Below, piece by piece: positions 52,459 to 62,558 of a stretch of DNA of 64,000 nucleotides; positions within the stretch are counted from its first letter, which is position 1, and each line of letters opens with the position of its first letter. Under the pieces are notes generated by a model that saw only the letters and a program-made list of their open reading frames with translations, was not told where the DNA came from and ran no database searches. A program made the position numbers and the translations under genes. The stretch lies in NCBI GenBank assembly GCA_040905565.1, contig JBBDRF010000092.1, forward strand, positions 128,001 through 192,000, written 5' to 3'. This stretch comes from Phycisphaeraceae bacterium (GTDB lineage: Bacteria; Planctomycetota; Phycisphaerae; Phycisphaerales; Zrk34).

Positions 52459-52599
52459 ACCGCGCCGCTCTGCCGGACGGTGCGCAGGCGGGCGATCTAT
52501 CTACTCATGGTCGGTGACGCGGCCGCTGGGTGCGAGCATGGTGGGGCGGGCCACACAGAGGTGGCTCGCAACGTCGGGCACAGAGCGTAACCCATGCCT

Positions 52600-53535
52600 T
52601 CACGAGGCCTTCCGCTCGTAGTGGTTCAGCAGTCCGCCCAGGAGTTGAACACGGCGCACCCGTCCGATGGAGCCCGCGAACTCCTTGGCGGGCGGCCCGT
52701 CACTTTCGCCCAACGGCACATTCCCCAGCGACTGGTGCGGGCGCATCGTATTGTGATATTTCACGTACGTCTGCACGATGTGATCGAGATACGGCAGGCT
52801 GAGACACGCCAGGGCATTCAGGCACTCACGCTTGACACTGCCAATCCACGACTCCGCGAACGAATTCGCTATGTGACTGGAACGGCGTCTTCACGACTTC
52901 GCCCGCAACCTGGCGGAAGTGTTCGTCGAACGCATCGGTGTACTTCGCGTCGCGATCGCGGATCAGAAATCGCATCTCAAGTCCTTCGTCCTCCACCCAC
53001 ATCGTGACGTTCCGCGCCTGCTGCTGCATCCACTCGCCAGTCGGGTGATACGTGCTCGGCGACACGAACACAGCAGTAGGCCATGTGCTTGCCGGTCGGC
53101 GTCCACACCGCTTTGCAGAAGAAATCCGTCGCCACCATGCAATGCTTTCAGGAAGGTCCGCCCGGTGCATGCCGATCCGGGTCAGGAAGCAGACCCTTCT
53201 CCTCAAGCACGCGACGCACCAGCTTCGGCTGGGCGTGAGCGCCAGCTTACGCAACTCACCAACAATCTGGCGCACGCCCCAGCCGGCATTTTCCCGAGCC
53301 AACCGAAGGATCAACGCGCGCAACGAGTCGGTCACCTTCCGCGGCCTGCCTACCCGCTTCGCTTCACGACCCGCCAGTTGCTCGCGGACCCATCGACGAT
53401 AGGTCTTGACGCTGACGATCCCGATGACATCATCTATCTGATGACGCATCTCCCGCCAACCGATGCATTCTCGCACGATCCTCTGGAGACAGGATCACGC
53501 GGTCGCCTGGCAGCTTCGCGCGGAGCAGTTCGACA
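52600..53535 (-). mobile_element. rve transposase pseudogene, copy 3 (most complete)
   Basis: N-terminal GRP....LILRLARENAGWG.RQIVGELRKL; WMQQQARN; FLIRDRD.KY; ends HYERKAS*. Several frameshifts. Confidence 0.85.
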
Positions 53536-53544
53536 GAACAGGTG

Positions 53545-53586
53545 CCGTAAGTCCAGCATTAACCGCTGCCCGACATTTTGGTCCAC
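53545..53586 (-). repeat. Putative terminal inverted repeat (motif B) upstream of transposase copy 3
   Basis: The core ccgacattttggtccac matches the reverse complement of 37898..37914 at 16/17 positions. Confidence 0.6.
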
Positions 53587-53724
53587 CCCGGCACCGGTGT
53601 ATATAGACGCACCCCCTCTCACGACCCCGTAAAGCCCCATAACCGAGACTTTTCGTTTCGCACAAGCGAAGCACACAAGAAATTTGTCGCGCGCGCACAT
53701 TCGCCGAAAAAGTTCGAAGAGTGT

Positions 53725-54193
53725 TTGGCCCGCAGGCAGCTTCCACAAGGACGTCGACAACGGCCGCATCATGCAGCAGCTCACCGTCTCTGGCCAGACC
53801 CGCAAGTACGCCTGGCTCCAACGCACCCGCCGCCGCGTCGGCTTGCAGGACGTGCATCCCGATGCCGTCGCACAGATCCCCGCCCACGCCAATGTCTACC
53901 TCGCCGCCGGCGACACCGGCGTCACGGGCGATCTCGTGTTCGATGCCCAAAACGAGAACGTCGCCGAAAACCAGTGGACCAACTACTGGCAAGGCGATCT
54001 CGCCGAGCACGACGGCCAACTCGTCACCGGCCTTATGGGCAGCCTCTACCTACCGAACGCCATCCCCCAATCCCTCTGGCCCACGAGCCACGGCGAAAGC
54101 ACCAAACACGGCTGGAACATCCACGCCTTCGGACACCCCGATCTCACCTTCAGCCCCCGAGCGCTGTGCGCGGTGGTGGCGTGGGAGTTTTGA
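53725..54193 (+). pseudogene. 3' fragment of a hypothetical gene
   Basis: C-ending codon bias starts at ~53725 with no convincing start codon or RBS. Its tail recurs at 38740 with mostly synonymous changes. Confidence 0.55.
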
Positions 54194-54445
54194 TGTTGAC
54201 CCGCGCCATATTACGGCGTCAATCAGGTGGCTGCTGGCGAGGGTGCCCGACCATTCTCGAACAAAACTTTTCCCCAGCTTCTTTCACGGATCGCAACCGC
54301 GGCCACTAGCGCAGCCAACGTCTTGTTCGACACTTATAGGTGACATCTGGCTCTCCCGGTCGTTGGGGTGAGCCGACAGGTCAGCATTTATTACGATGTT
54401 CGTGTCCAAAAATCCAGCGGCTGTCTATTACCTTGTGGAGTTCAT

Positions 54446-54985
54446 ATGTCTCTGTCAACCAATCCCCAACTCGATCGCGGTGACCGCTTCACCCGGCTGC
54501 TCCTAGCAAATCAGCAGCGCATTTACGGTCTGATCCTGGCGCTCACGCCCAACTGGAGCGACGCGGATGACCTGATGCAGGAGACCACCGCCGTCATGTG
54601 GGCCAAGTTTGACGCGTTCGAACCCGGCACCGATTTCGCCGCCTGGGGATTGCGGATCGCCCGCTTTCAGGTCATGAACTATCTGAAGATCAAGGGGTCC
54701 GAGCGTCGCCGCTTCAGCAATGAGGCAGTCGAGCTGATCGTCGATAAGTTCACCGAGACGGTCGACGAACTCGAAGATCGGCGCGATGCGTTAAAGCGCT
54801 GCATGGATAAGCTGCCGGCCAAGGATCGCAAGCTCATTCAGTTGCGCTACGAGGTGGGCACCACCACCAGGACGTTGGCGGATCGCGTAGGGCGCAGCAT
54901 TCATGCCGTCTACAAAGCCCTCAATCGCACCCATGCGCAACTGCTGGCATGCATGCAGCGGTCGCTTAACCACGGGGGGAACTGA
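54446..54985 (+). CDS. ECF sigma-70 factor (planctomycete type)
   Basis: DADDLMQET..VMW.KF..F.PGTDF.AW...IARF motif; region 4 LI.LRY...A...GRS..AVY.ALNR; GGAG RBS. Confidence 0.92.
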   Translation: MSLSTNPQLDRGDRFTRLLLANQQRIYGLILALTPNWSDADDLMQETTAVMWAKFDAFEPGTDFAAWGLRIARFQVMNYLKIKGSERRRFSNEAVELIVDKFTETVDELEDRRDALKRCMDKLPAKDRKLIQLRYEVGTTTRTLADRVGRSIHAVYKALNRTHAQLLACMQRSLNHGGN

Positions 54986-56754
54986 TGGCATTGTCCCCTG
55001 ACCAGTTTGCAAAGCTCAACGATTTGCTGGGCAACCTGCGTGATGGCACGCTTGACGATGCGCAATTCGTTGCACTCGATCAGATGCTTTGCAACGATCC
55101 TGATGCCGCCGATTATTACGCACAATACGTGATGCTTTGCGTTGAGCTCTCTAAGTATCATGCCGTCCCATCACAGTCGGAGCTGTTCGAGGACGAACCC
55201 AGCACGCGCAAGCTTTTGGCGGAGGTTCTGGAGCAGCAGCAAGCGGCCGCCGCACGCGATGCTGCCGAGCAGGCGCGGCTGGCGGCGAAACGTGAGGCAG
55301 AAGCCGAGGCCGCTGCCGAGGCTCAGGCTCGACGCGAAGAGGCCGAACGGCTTGCGGAGGAATCCAGGCCTCGGGTTTACCACATCGTCATCCCCAAATC
55401 GCTCGCCTACGGCGTGGCGATCGCTGCCTTGCTGCTGCTTTCGACGATGATCTCGCTTCCGCCAACTCCGCCGACTCCCGAGCCGTCCGCGCCGACCGGC
55501 GCAGCGAAAGCCGAACCCATCGCGACCGTGGTGCATACGCTGGAGGCGCAGTGGGCGGACGATCAGCAGTATGCCGCCAGCGACGGTCTGCTTCGCGGTC
55601 ACTATGAGCTGCTCGACGGACTGGTCCTGATCGAGTTCGCCAGTGGGGCACGGGCAACCGTTGAGGGGCCTGCCATCTTCTCCCTTGACGGCGACAATGC
55701 CGCCAGGCTCGTGCAGGGCAGGCTCGTGGGCCATTGCCCGCCTGGAACCGAAGGGCTCACGATACAGACCTCAGGGGCGCAGGTAATCGACCTTGGCACC
55801 GAGTTTGGTGTCGCGATCGAAGACGACGGCGACGCCGAAATTCACGTCTTCGACGGCTCCGTTTCCGTGCAGCCCAGCGGCAGCGGCGTCGCACGGCAGA
55901 CACTACTGGCCAATAACGCTGCCCGCGCCGATGCACGCGGCTGGTCGCTGCAAGCCATCAAAACCGACAGCCTTGCCTTTGTGCGTCATCGCGAGTTCGA
56001 AGCACGTGTCAAGGCGAACGAAGGATCACGCTACCATCGCTGGCTCGCTTATGCGTATGAGCTGAGGCGGGATCCCAAGCTCGTCGCCTTTTACGACTTC
56101 GCCACCGACAACACCGCCTCCGTTCCCAATCTCGCGCAGGCGACGGCCGGGCAACTGGACGCCACAAGCGTCGGCGCGAACGGCGCTCAGGCCACGCTGC
56201 CGACGGCTCCCGGTCGCTGGTCCGAGAAGCCGGGCCTGGCATTTTCCCGCTCCAATCAGCGTCACCTGATGATCCCCCATTCGCCGCTGCTGGATCTTGA
56301 CGAGCTCACCATCGCCGTCTGGGTGCGCCGGCGGGGTGCCGAAGCTCCCCAGGGCGTCATCGTCTCCAAACGCAATCATGACAACGTCGCCTTTCAGTTC
56401 GGGATCCTCGGGAAAGAGCCCGACCAAGGCCACATGCAGTTCGTGAGCGATCTGCCGGCCGGCGCGGACGCCGCCGTCGCACGCACAACCCGAGAGCGGG
56501 TCGGCCAGGAAGGATGGGACCATCTGGTCGTCACCTTCGACGGCGAGCGCGCAGTGTTCTACCGCAACGGGACCTACGTGGAAGAAAAAGCAATCGCTGC
56601 GATGAGTCCGAATGCGGCCGACCTCATCATCGGAATGTCCGGAAGACGTGACGAGCCGGCTGCTTTCGAAGGTGTCTTAGATGAGTTGGCGATTTTTTCT
56701 TACGCCGCCAACGCACAGCAGGTTTCAAACATGTTCGAATCCGGACGCCCCTGA
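54985..56754 (+). CDS. FecR-like anti-sigma factor with LamG domain
   Basis: Overlaps the sigma stop codon; one TM segment; VEGPA, VIDLGTEFGV and HVFDG.V motifs; LamG-like W.HLVVTFDG...YRNG and G.LDELAIF. Confidence 0.88.
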   Translation: MALSPDQFAKLNDLLGNLRDGTLDDAQFVALDQMLCNDPDAADYYAQYVMLCVELSKYHAVPSQSELFEDEPSTRKLLAEVLEQQQAAAARDAAEQARLAAKREAEAEAAAEAQARREEAERLAEESRPRVYHIVIPKSLAYGVAIAALLLLSTMISLPPTPPTPEPSAPTGAAKAEPIATVVHTLEAQWADDQQYAASDGLLRGHYELLDGLVLIEFASGARATVEGPAIFSLDGDNAARLVQGRLVGHCPPGTEGLTIQTSGAQVIDLGTEFGVAIEDDGDAEIHVFDGSVSVQPSGSGVARQTLLANNAARADARGWSLQAIKTDSLAFVRHREFEARVKANEGSRYHRWLAYAYELRRDPKLVAFYDFATDNTASVPNLAQATAGQLDATSVGANGAQATLPTAPGRWSEKPGLAFSRSNQRHLMIPHSPLLDLDELTIAVWVRRRGAEAPQGVIVSKRNHDNVAFQFGILGKEPDQGHMQFVSDLPAGADAAVARTTRERVGQEGWDHLVVTFDGERAVFYRNGTYVEEKAIAAMSPNAADLIIGMSGRRDEPAAFEGVLDELAIFSYAANAQQVSNMFESGRP

Positions 56755-56802
56755 ATTCAGGCGCGTTTTACACTTCCCCTTTCCTCTCCAAAGGAGCCTC
56801 AC

Positions 56803-57489
56803 ATGTCAATCTTTACCCGAGTTCTTGTGCCCGTCGGAGTCGCTGCGGCGATCATGGTCTCCAGTGCTTCGGCACACGCTGCCGTCATCGATTACACCTA
56901 TGAGTACCATCCCGACACTGTCGCGAATGTAGGAATCGGTGGCGCTAATGCAGGCGACGAATACACAAACCCCTCCTCACTGAACGACGGGATCATCGCC
57001 GACTGGGAGAAGCCTTGGGAGTCTTCCCCGGACGACGATCCCCCCGCGGGGACGATTTATAACCTGGATGGCGACGCATATCCGCAGCCCGGAATCACCC
57101 TGACACTGGACGACACCCACGCGCTGGCGAACCTTACCGTCCACTATTTCCACACCGAACCCCAAGGCGTGACCGCGCCAACCAGCTTGCTGGTCACCGT
57201 CGGCGATCACGACAGCTTCGTGGTTGACGATTTCGATGACTCAGATGCGACCCCCACCACGGTCAACCGCGAAGTGACGATCGATCTCACCGGCTACACC
57301 GGCTCAACCATCGCGCTGGATTTCCGCAACAGCGAGCCCGAAATCCTCGGGTTTAACGGCGAGTGGCTCGGGCTATCCGAAATCACCGTCCAAGAGGCGC
57401 AGCCCAGCACCGTCATCCCCGAACCCGCGTCCCTGGCAACGCTCGGCCTCGGCGCACTGCTGATGCTCCGTCGTCGCCGCACGGCGTAA
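56803..57489 (+). CDS. PEP-CTERM sorting domain protein
   Basis: Signal peptide; C-terminal IPEPASLATLGLGALLMLRRRR; AAGGAG RBS. Confidence 0.93.
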   Translation: MSIFTRVLVPVGVAAAIMVSSASAHAAVIDYTYEYHPDTVANVGIGGANAGDEYTNPSSLNDGIIADWEKPWESSPDDDPPAGTIYNLDGDAYPQPGITLTLDDTHALANLTVHYFHTEPQGVTAPTSLLVTVGDHDSFVVDDFDDSDATPTTVNREVTIDLTGYTGSTIALDFRNSEPEILGFNGEWLGLSEITVQEAQPSTVIPEPASLATLGLGALLMLRRRRTA

Positions 57490-57498
57490 CAAACCAGC

Positions 57499-57532
57499 GC
57501 GGCGAGGCATCGAAAGGTGCTTCGCCGCTTTT
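57499..57532 (+). terminator. Intrinsic terminator/attenuator hairpin
   Basis: gcggcgaggcatc-gaaa-ggtgcttcgccgc followed by tttt. Confidence 0.75.
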
Positions 57533-57605
57533 GCAAGGACGGGGTTGTCCGGGACGAAACGTGACCCGCTGGATACCACCAAGTCCCACTTTGGAGAACC
57601 TAATC

Positions 57606-58379
57606 ATGGATAGTCACGACAGAAGTAACACCGCGTATCGACTCGTCGCACCGCGACTCGGCAAAGGCTTTACGCTGATCGAACTGCTCGTCGTCGTAGG
57701 CATCATCGCCCTGCTCATGGCGATCTTGCTTCCCGCGCTCGGCCGTGCCCGGCAGGAAGCAGTCAAGGTTTCCTGTGCCGCGAACCTGCGCCAGTGGGGG
57801 GCAGGACTGCAAATGTGGGCTTCGGATCACAACAACCAGTTAATCACTCCTGTTGCCGACCCGAACTACTGGGGAAGCATTATGGGCATTGACAGCGTCT
57901 ACGATGACCCACCCCAGGATATCTACCACTTCTTCAGCTCATACATGGCTGATTACGATCTGGACGACGTGGAGGATTTCGGCAACAGCCCGGCGTACTG
58001 CCCGTCAGGCCCGGAAATCCGTCGACCCGAGTCCCAGAGTTTCACCAACATCGGCTACGGCTACTTCCCACATCGCCAGGGGATCGGAGGTATGACTTTT
58101 GAGCCGGAGGTGCAAGGCTGGGTCAGCAAGACGCGCTACGACGGCCCTTACTCGCGAGCACCGATCATGAGCGACCTCTACACCGAGACGGGCGGCGAAC
58201 TGGACGAACCACGTTCCTCACACCTCGCATCCAGCGGCGACGGCCGACTCGGCAGCAACTTCCTCTTCGAAGACAGCAGCGTGAGTTGGCGCAGCAACGA
58301 TGAAATCAGCCAGGCCGCTGTATTCGCCAACGCCCACGCCAAGTTGTTCTACATCTCTGTCCCTGGTCTTGTAGACTGA
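57606..58379 (+). CDS. Prepilin-type N-methylation domain protein (planctomycete DUF1559-like)
   Basis: G|FTLIELLVVVGIIALLMAILLPAL.RAR, C.ANLRQ, CPS and H...G.NFLF.D.SV motifs. Confidence 0.9.
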   Translation: MDSHDRSNTAYRLVAPRLGKGFTLIELLVVVGIIALLMAILLPALGRARQEAVKVSCAANLRQWGAGLQMWASDHNNQLITPVADPNYWGSIMGIDSVYDDPPQDIYHFFSSYMADYDLDDVEDFGNSPAYCPSGPEIRRPESQSFTNIGYGYFPHRQGIGGMTFEPEVQGWVSKTRYDGPYSRAPIMSDLYTETGGELDEPRSSHLASSGDGRLGSNFLFEDSSVSWRSNDEISQAAVFANAHAKLFYISVPGLVD

Positions 58380-58431
58380 ACATCAGTTGCGCCCGGTTTT
58401 TACTGACACACCATTTTCACGGTAGTTCATT

Positions 58432-59724
58432 ATGTCAAGCAATTTTACACGCCGTTCGATCCTCAAGAGCGCGACCGCAACTTTTGCAGCGCCGTACTTC
58501 ATTCCTGCAACCGCCTTGGGCAATGCCGAGCGTCCCGCGCCATCTAATCGTGTGACGATGGCATCGATCGGCGTCGGCAGCCAGGGCACCGGCAACATGC
58601 AGGCGCTCATGCGCGACAGCCGCGTGCAGATGGTGGCGGTGTGTGATGTGGATGCCGGGCATCGTGAGAATGCGGCACGAATCGCCGGTGTCTCCGGCTC
58701 ACGCGATGTCACAGGTGAATATGAAAAACTGCTCGCACGCGACGATATCGACGCGGTGATGATCGGCACGCCCGACCACTGGCACGTTCCGATCGCTGTG
58801 GCAGCGGCACGGGCGGGCAAGGATATCTATTGCGAAAAGCCCGTCTCGCTGTACGTCACGGAAGGGCGCACGCTCGTGGATGTGGTTCAGGAACAGGGCC
58901 GCATTCTGCAGACCGGCACCTGGCGACGCAGCAGGGCCGCCTGCCGACGCGCCAGCGAACTAGCGATCAATGGATATCTCGGCGATCTCAAACGCGTGGA
59001 AGTCGGCATCCCCGAAGGTTTCGGCATTCGCGGCGGCTTCACCGGTGAAGAAGGCCCGCAGCCCGTCCCGGAAACTCTCGATTACGATCGCTGGCTCGGA
59101 CCGGCCCCCGAGGCTCCATACACCGCCGCACGCGTCCACTTCAACTTCCGGTGGATCCTTGACTACTCAGCCGGCTACATCACCGACTGGGGCGCTCACT
59201 ATCTTGATGTGGCGCATTGGGGCATCGGTGCCGACGGCTCAGGCCCACGCGAAATCGAAGGCACCGGCAAGCAACGCGACACCGGCATCTACGATGCGCC
59301 CACCAACCTCCATGTGCGTTACGCCTATGACAACGGCGTCGAAATCCACATGCGCACCACCGACAACCAAAAGGACTGGGGCATCCGCTTCATCGGGTCG
59401 GAAGCCGACTGTTACGTGGAGAACGTCACCTATACGCCATCGGACCCGGCCCTCAAACGCGTCGAACTCAAAGACTCCGATACCCGCCTGTACGAGTCAG
59501 TCGATCACCACAAGAACTTCATCGACGGCGTGCTGGAGCGTAAAGCCACAGCCGCACCGGTCGAGGTGGCGCACTCCAGTGCGGTGGCGTGCCATCTGGG
59601 AACCATCGCAGCCCTCACCGGCCGGTCGATCAAGTGGGATCCGAAATCCGAAACCATCGACAATGACCCCGAAGCCAGCGCGATGCTCACCCGTTCCCCA
59701 CGGGCCGGCTACAGCACAACCTGA
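58432..59724 (+). CDS. Gfo/Idh/MocA oxidoreductase, Tat-exported
   Basis: TRRSIL, IGVGSQG, TPDHWH, DIYCEKP and DWGAH..D motifs. Confidence 0.92.
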   Translation: MSSNFTRRSILKSATATFAAPYFIPATALGNAERPAPSNRVTMASIGVGSQGTGNMQALMRDSRVQMVAVCDVDAGHRENAARIAGVSGSRDVTGEYEKLLARDDIDAVMIGTPDHWHVPIAVAAARAGKDIYCEKPVSLYVTEGRTLVDVVQEQGRILQTGTWRRSRAACRRASELAINGYLGDLKRVEVGIPEGFGIRGGFTGEEGPQPVPETLDYDRWLGPAPEAPYTAARVHFNFRWILDYSAGYITDWGAHYLDVAHWGIGADGSGPREIEGTGKQRDTGIYDAPTNLHVRYAYDNGVEIHMRTTDNQKDWGIRFIGSEADCYVENVTYTPSDPALKRVELKDSDTRLYESVDHHKNFIDGVLERKATAAPVEVAHSSAVACHLGTIAALTGRSIKWDPKSETIDNDPEASAMLTRSPRAGYSTT

Positions 59725-59777
59725 GGTGCATGATTTGGACCTACAGCAGGTGACGCACCCGAGAGTCGATCGTGTAG

Positions 59778-61256
59778 CCAGATGCCGAGCGAAGGGTCGA
59801 CAAAGCTAGGCAACGTGTTGCAGGCCACGACCAGCTTCGCGAACGGCCTGATTTCAACCGGGGATTTGTTCTTCCGGTTCGCGTTTATCGGCTCGCCGCT
59901 TATTAACTGTTTGATGATCCCCTCGTCAGTTCGTCCGATATGCGGCAGATCGCTCGCAAAGTTGGCGAGCGCGTTGTCAAGTTCGATGAGCCTGAACTCG
60001 CCGCCCAGTTGCGTGAAAGGCAAATGTTTCACATTCTCCCGGCCAAGCATCGATTCCCACACATTTAGCAACGTGCTCTTGCCGTTGCGCCCCTCGCCGG
60101 TCAAAATTCGCATTTTTTCTTGGCGGCAATCGCGGGTGAGCGAATACCCCATGAATTCCTGCAGAAGTTGTTGGCGGCGATCTCCCGGCTCGGTTCGGGG
60201 CAAAGTTTGATCCAAAAAGTCCTGCCACCCGGGGTACGGGGCGTCGGCATCAAAGTTGTAGGGGAGAACGATAGAATTGAAAAACCTGCTACTAGCCGGC
60301 TGCATTGGCATCGGCCGTCTCCTTTTCTAGACCAGTTCGTTGAGAGAAATTACCCCGTTCCCGAAAACTAGGAGCGGGGGATACGTTATTTGAATTGGAT
60401 CGAGCGAGCTGACAAAAAATGGAGGGTTCAGCGCCCAGCGGTTCAGCAGGGCAAGCCCTTCTAGGTTTGCAACGACGTCCCCGACAAATTTGCGAGTAAC
60501 ATTCAGTTGCGGGAGCGACTGGAGGAAGCTTATGACTTCTGCGCGGAACCGATCGTCGTCCACCCGGCTCCACCGATCGCCCGCCCACATATGAAAATAT
60601 GAGCGGAAGAACCAGAGCGCCGGCTCGTCGTCCGCGAGGTCGTGCTCCTCACGCAGGTACGCTAAATACGCTTGAGCGACCTCGCGGGCGTCGGGCTCAT
60701 CGCTGCCGCCGCCGTCCTCGCCCGCAATCAGGCGGATCTGCTTGGCGATGCTTCGCCGGCTTGCCCCTGCGGCTCCCAACTCGCCGAGCCGCTGCACGAT
60801 CCGCCCAGCCGCTGCATCGGCCACACCACCGTGAAAAACTGCCGCGGATTCGATCGCAGCCCTGTAGGTTGCCTGATGCGCATTCAAGTTGCCCGTTCCG
60901 ACCATCGTCGCCAAAATCGCGGCGAAGGCGTCCGGATACGTTTGGCCGGCGCTTCGGATGGTGCTGCGGTTCTGCAGCTGCCGGAGAAGCTGGATCGCAG
61001 CATAGCGTGACCAACTGCTAACGTTTATCAGTTCGACCATGATGTCGCCGTCACGCTCGGCGCACTGCGCCGAAACGTCCGGCCAGAGATCTGCCGTCGC
61101 CGTTTGAAAATCGATCGGCAACGTGGTGCCGTCTTCGAATCTGAGGACAATTCCGACAGCTGGCTCGTGGCTCGCCGGCGCTGATGCGCTATAATTATTC
61201 ATCGCTTTTCTCGAGGGGCGGCTGCCGGGCAGGGCAGGCCGCCCCTTTCCTATCAA
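59778..61256 (-). pseudogene. Phage/plasmid P4-family (D5/SF3 helicase) primase-like gene, interrupted and 3'-truncated
   Basis: F.NG..; W.DFL...L...LLQEFMGY; Walker A GEGRNGKS; IKQLISGE.I...RKNK; N.LP...D.S.GIW, then a break. In-frame TAG at 60327-60329. Confidence 0.82.
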
Positions 61257-61264
61257 ACCTGTGT

Positions 61265-61597
61265 TTACAAACCCAATTCGTCGGCTTCGCGTTCGGCTTG
61301 TTCAGCTCGCGAAACTGGGCGTCGGCGAATGCTGCTGCGTGGCGGGCGACCTTCATCGCTACCGTTCAAATGTTCCTGATCCGCAGTTGTAAGCGCGGTC
61401 AAAAAGTCGCGGAGATCGTCCGGATGGACGAGCGCACGCTTGCCGCAGCGAGTATAAAGAAGGCGTCGTCGCGTACCGTCCGGCAGCGACACCCCGCGAG
61501 TGCGCCAGCGACACACCGTTGCTTTGTGAATCTTGAGCCGGCGAGAAATCGTCAAGTCGGTGAAGATGTTTTCGGCGTCAAGTATCGAGCGTTGCAT
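61265..61597 (-). CDS. Small HTH DNA-binding protein (DUF1580/excisionase-like)
   Basis: IH.ATV.RW..RGV...L...R.G....DLRDFL pattern; position between integrase and primase. Confidence 0.7.
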   Translation of the reverse strand: MQRSILDAENIFTDLTISRRLKIHKATVCRWRTRGVSLPDGTRRRLLYTRCGKRALVHPDDLRDFLTALTTADQEHLNGSDEGRPPRSSIRRRPVSRAEQAEREADELGL

Positions 61598-61687
61598 CGT
61601 GTGCACTCCGTGAGTTTTGGTAACTTCACGAAGCGTACGGCGTTCGACAGCTGCTGTATGCAATGCAAAACGTAAGGTTATGCAAGC

Positions 61688-62497
61688 TTACATTTGTGGT
61701 GGATGATAGCCGTTTGCGTTGTAGAAACCGTGGCGTTTCAGCTTTGGTACGATTCCTGAACGAAAATGCTCATGCGAGATCTTTAGGTGGCCGGCAATCA
61801 CCTTGCCGTGACTGCCTGGATGTTCGCGGATGTAGTCCGCCGCTAGGGCGGCGGTCCCCGTTAGAGGCGCGCCGGTGCCGCCCTCGCCTGGCGTCGCCAG
61901 TTCGCTGAGTTGCTGCTCCACCGTGTTAGCGAGGCCGATCAGCAGGCTGTGAACGTTTCTGTCATCGGGCGCCGCTTCCTTTACCGCCTTCGATAGCCTT
62001 TGCCGGAAGGCATTGCCGTTGGACGCTGTTAACAAAGCGATGACGATCGGCAGCTCGGCGACGGGCGTGTGTTTCGCGGCGCAACATTTCAAGGTGTCGA
62101 TGTCGCGCTTCGGCTCCTTTGCCAGCCACTCCCCCAGCACTACCCCCAGCTCATAGAACGCAAAAAAGCCGGTATGCTCGCGGAGCGCCTGATCTGCATG
62201 TTCCCGCAGATCAAGCGACGCGAAGAACTCGGCATCACCCTGAACAGGACCATATTGCCCCGCAAGGATCCGACAGCTCTCCCGCAAGTCGGCCCGAATC
62301 ACGTCCGGGATCATTTCTCCAAGTGTAAGAATTGCCGTAGTGACAACATCGACCCCCACATCACGCGAATGTAACCCCAGCCGAAAGGCGGCGACGTGCT
62401 TGGAGTCTTCATAAAGTTCCAGCGAAAACTGATCAAACCTCAACGGAATCTTTTGCGACATTCCGACGCCTATCAGAATCAGAGTTTCCGTCCTCAC
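61688..62497 (-). CDS. Hypothetical protein with C-terminal winged-HTH-like segment
   Basis: 269-aa ORF ending ADYIREHPG..GK.IA..L.IS..HFR..IVPKLK. Confidence 0.6.
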   Translation of the reverse strand: MRTETLILIGVGMSQKIPLRFDQFSLELYEDSKHVAAFRLGLHSRDVGVDVVTTAILTLGEMIPDVIRADLRESCRILAGQYGPVQGDAEFFASLDLREHADQALREHTGFFAFYELGVVLGEWLAKEPKRDIDTLKCCAAKHTPVAELPIVIALLTASNGNAFRQRLSKAVKEAAPDDRNVHSLLIGLANTVEQQLSELATPGEGGTGAPLTGTAALAADYIREHPGSHGKVIAGHLKISHEHFRSGIVPKLKRHGFYNANGYHPPQM

Positions 62498-62558
62498 AAC
62501 ACCGCGTTAAGCGTACCGAGACCGTCATGCGACGCAAACAGTCACGGGTGGCATGCTG

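Noticed and set aside
55240..55360. Ala/Glu/Arg-rich repetitive stretch in the FecR-like gene
   Set aside because: It is an ordinary low-complexity helical linker, not a DNA repeat array.
28348..60329. Amber recoding, suggested by two in-frame TAGs (28348 and 60327)
   Set aside because: TAG ends several apparently complete genes here (2813, 5416, 14789, 31644, 49228, 50484). Both interrupted genes have other lesions, and no suppressor or pyl genes are visible.
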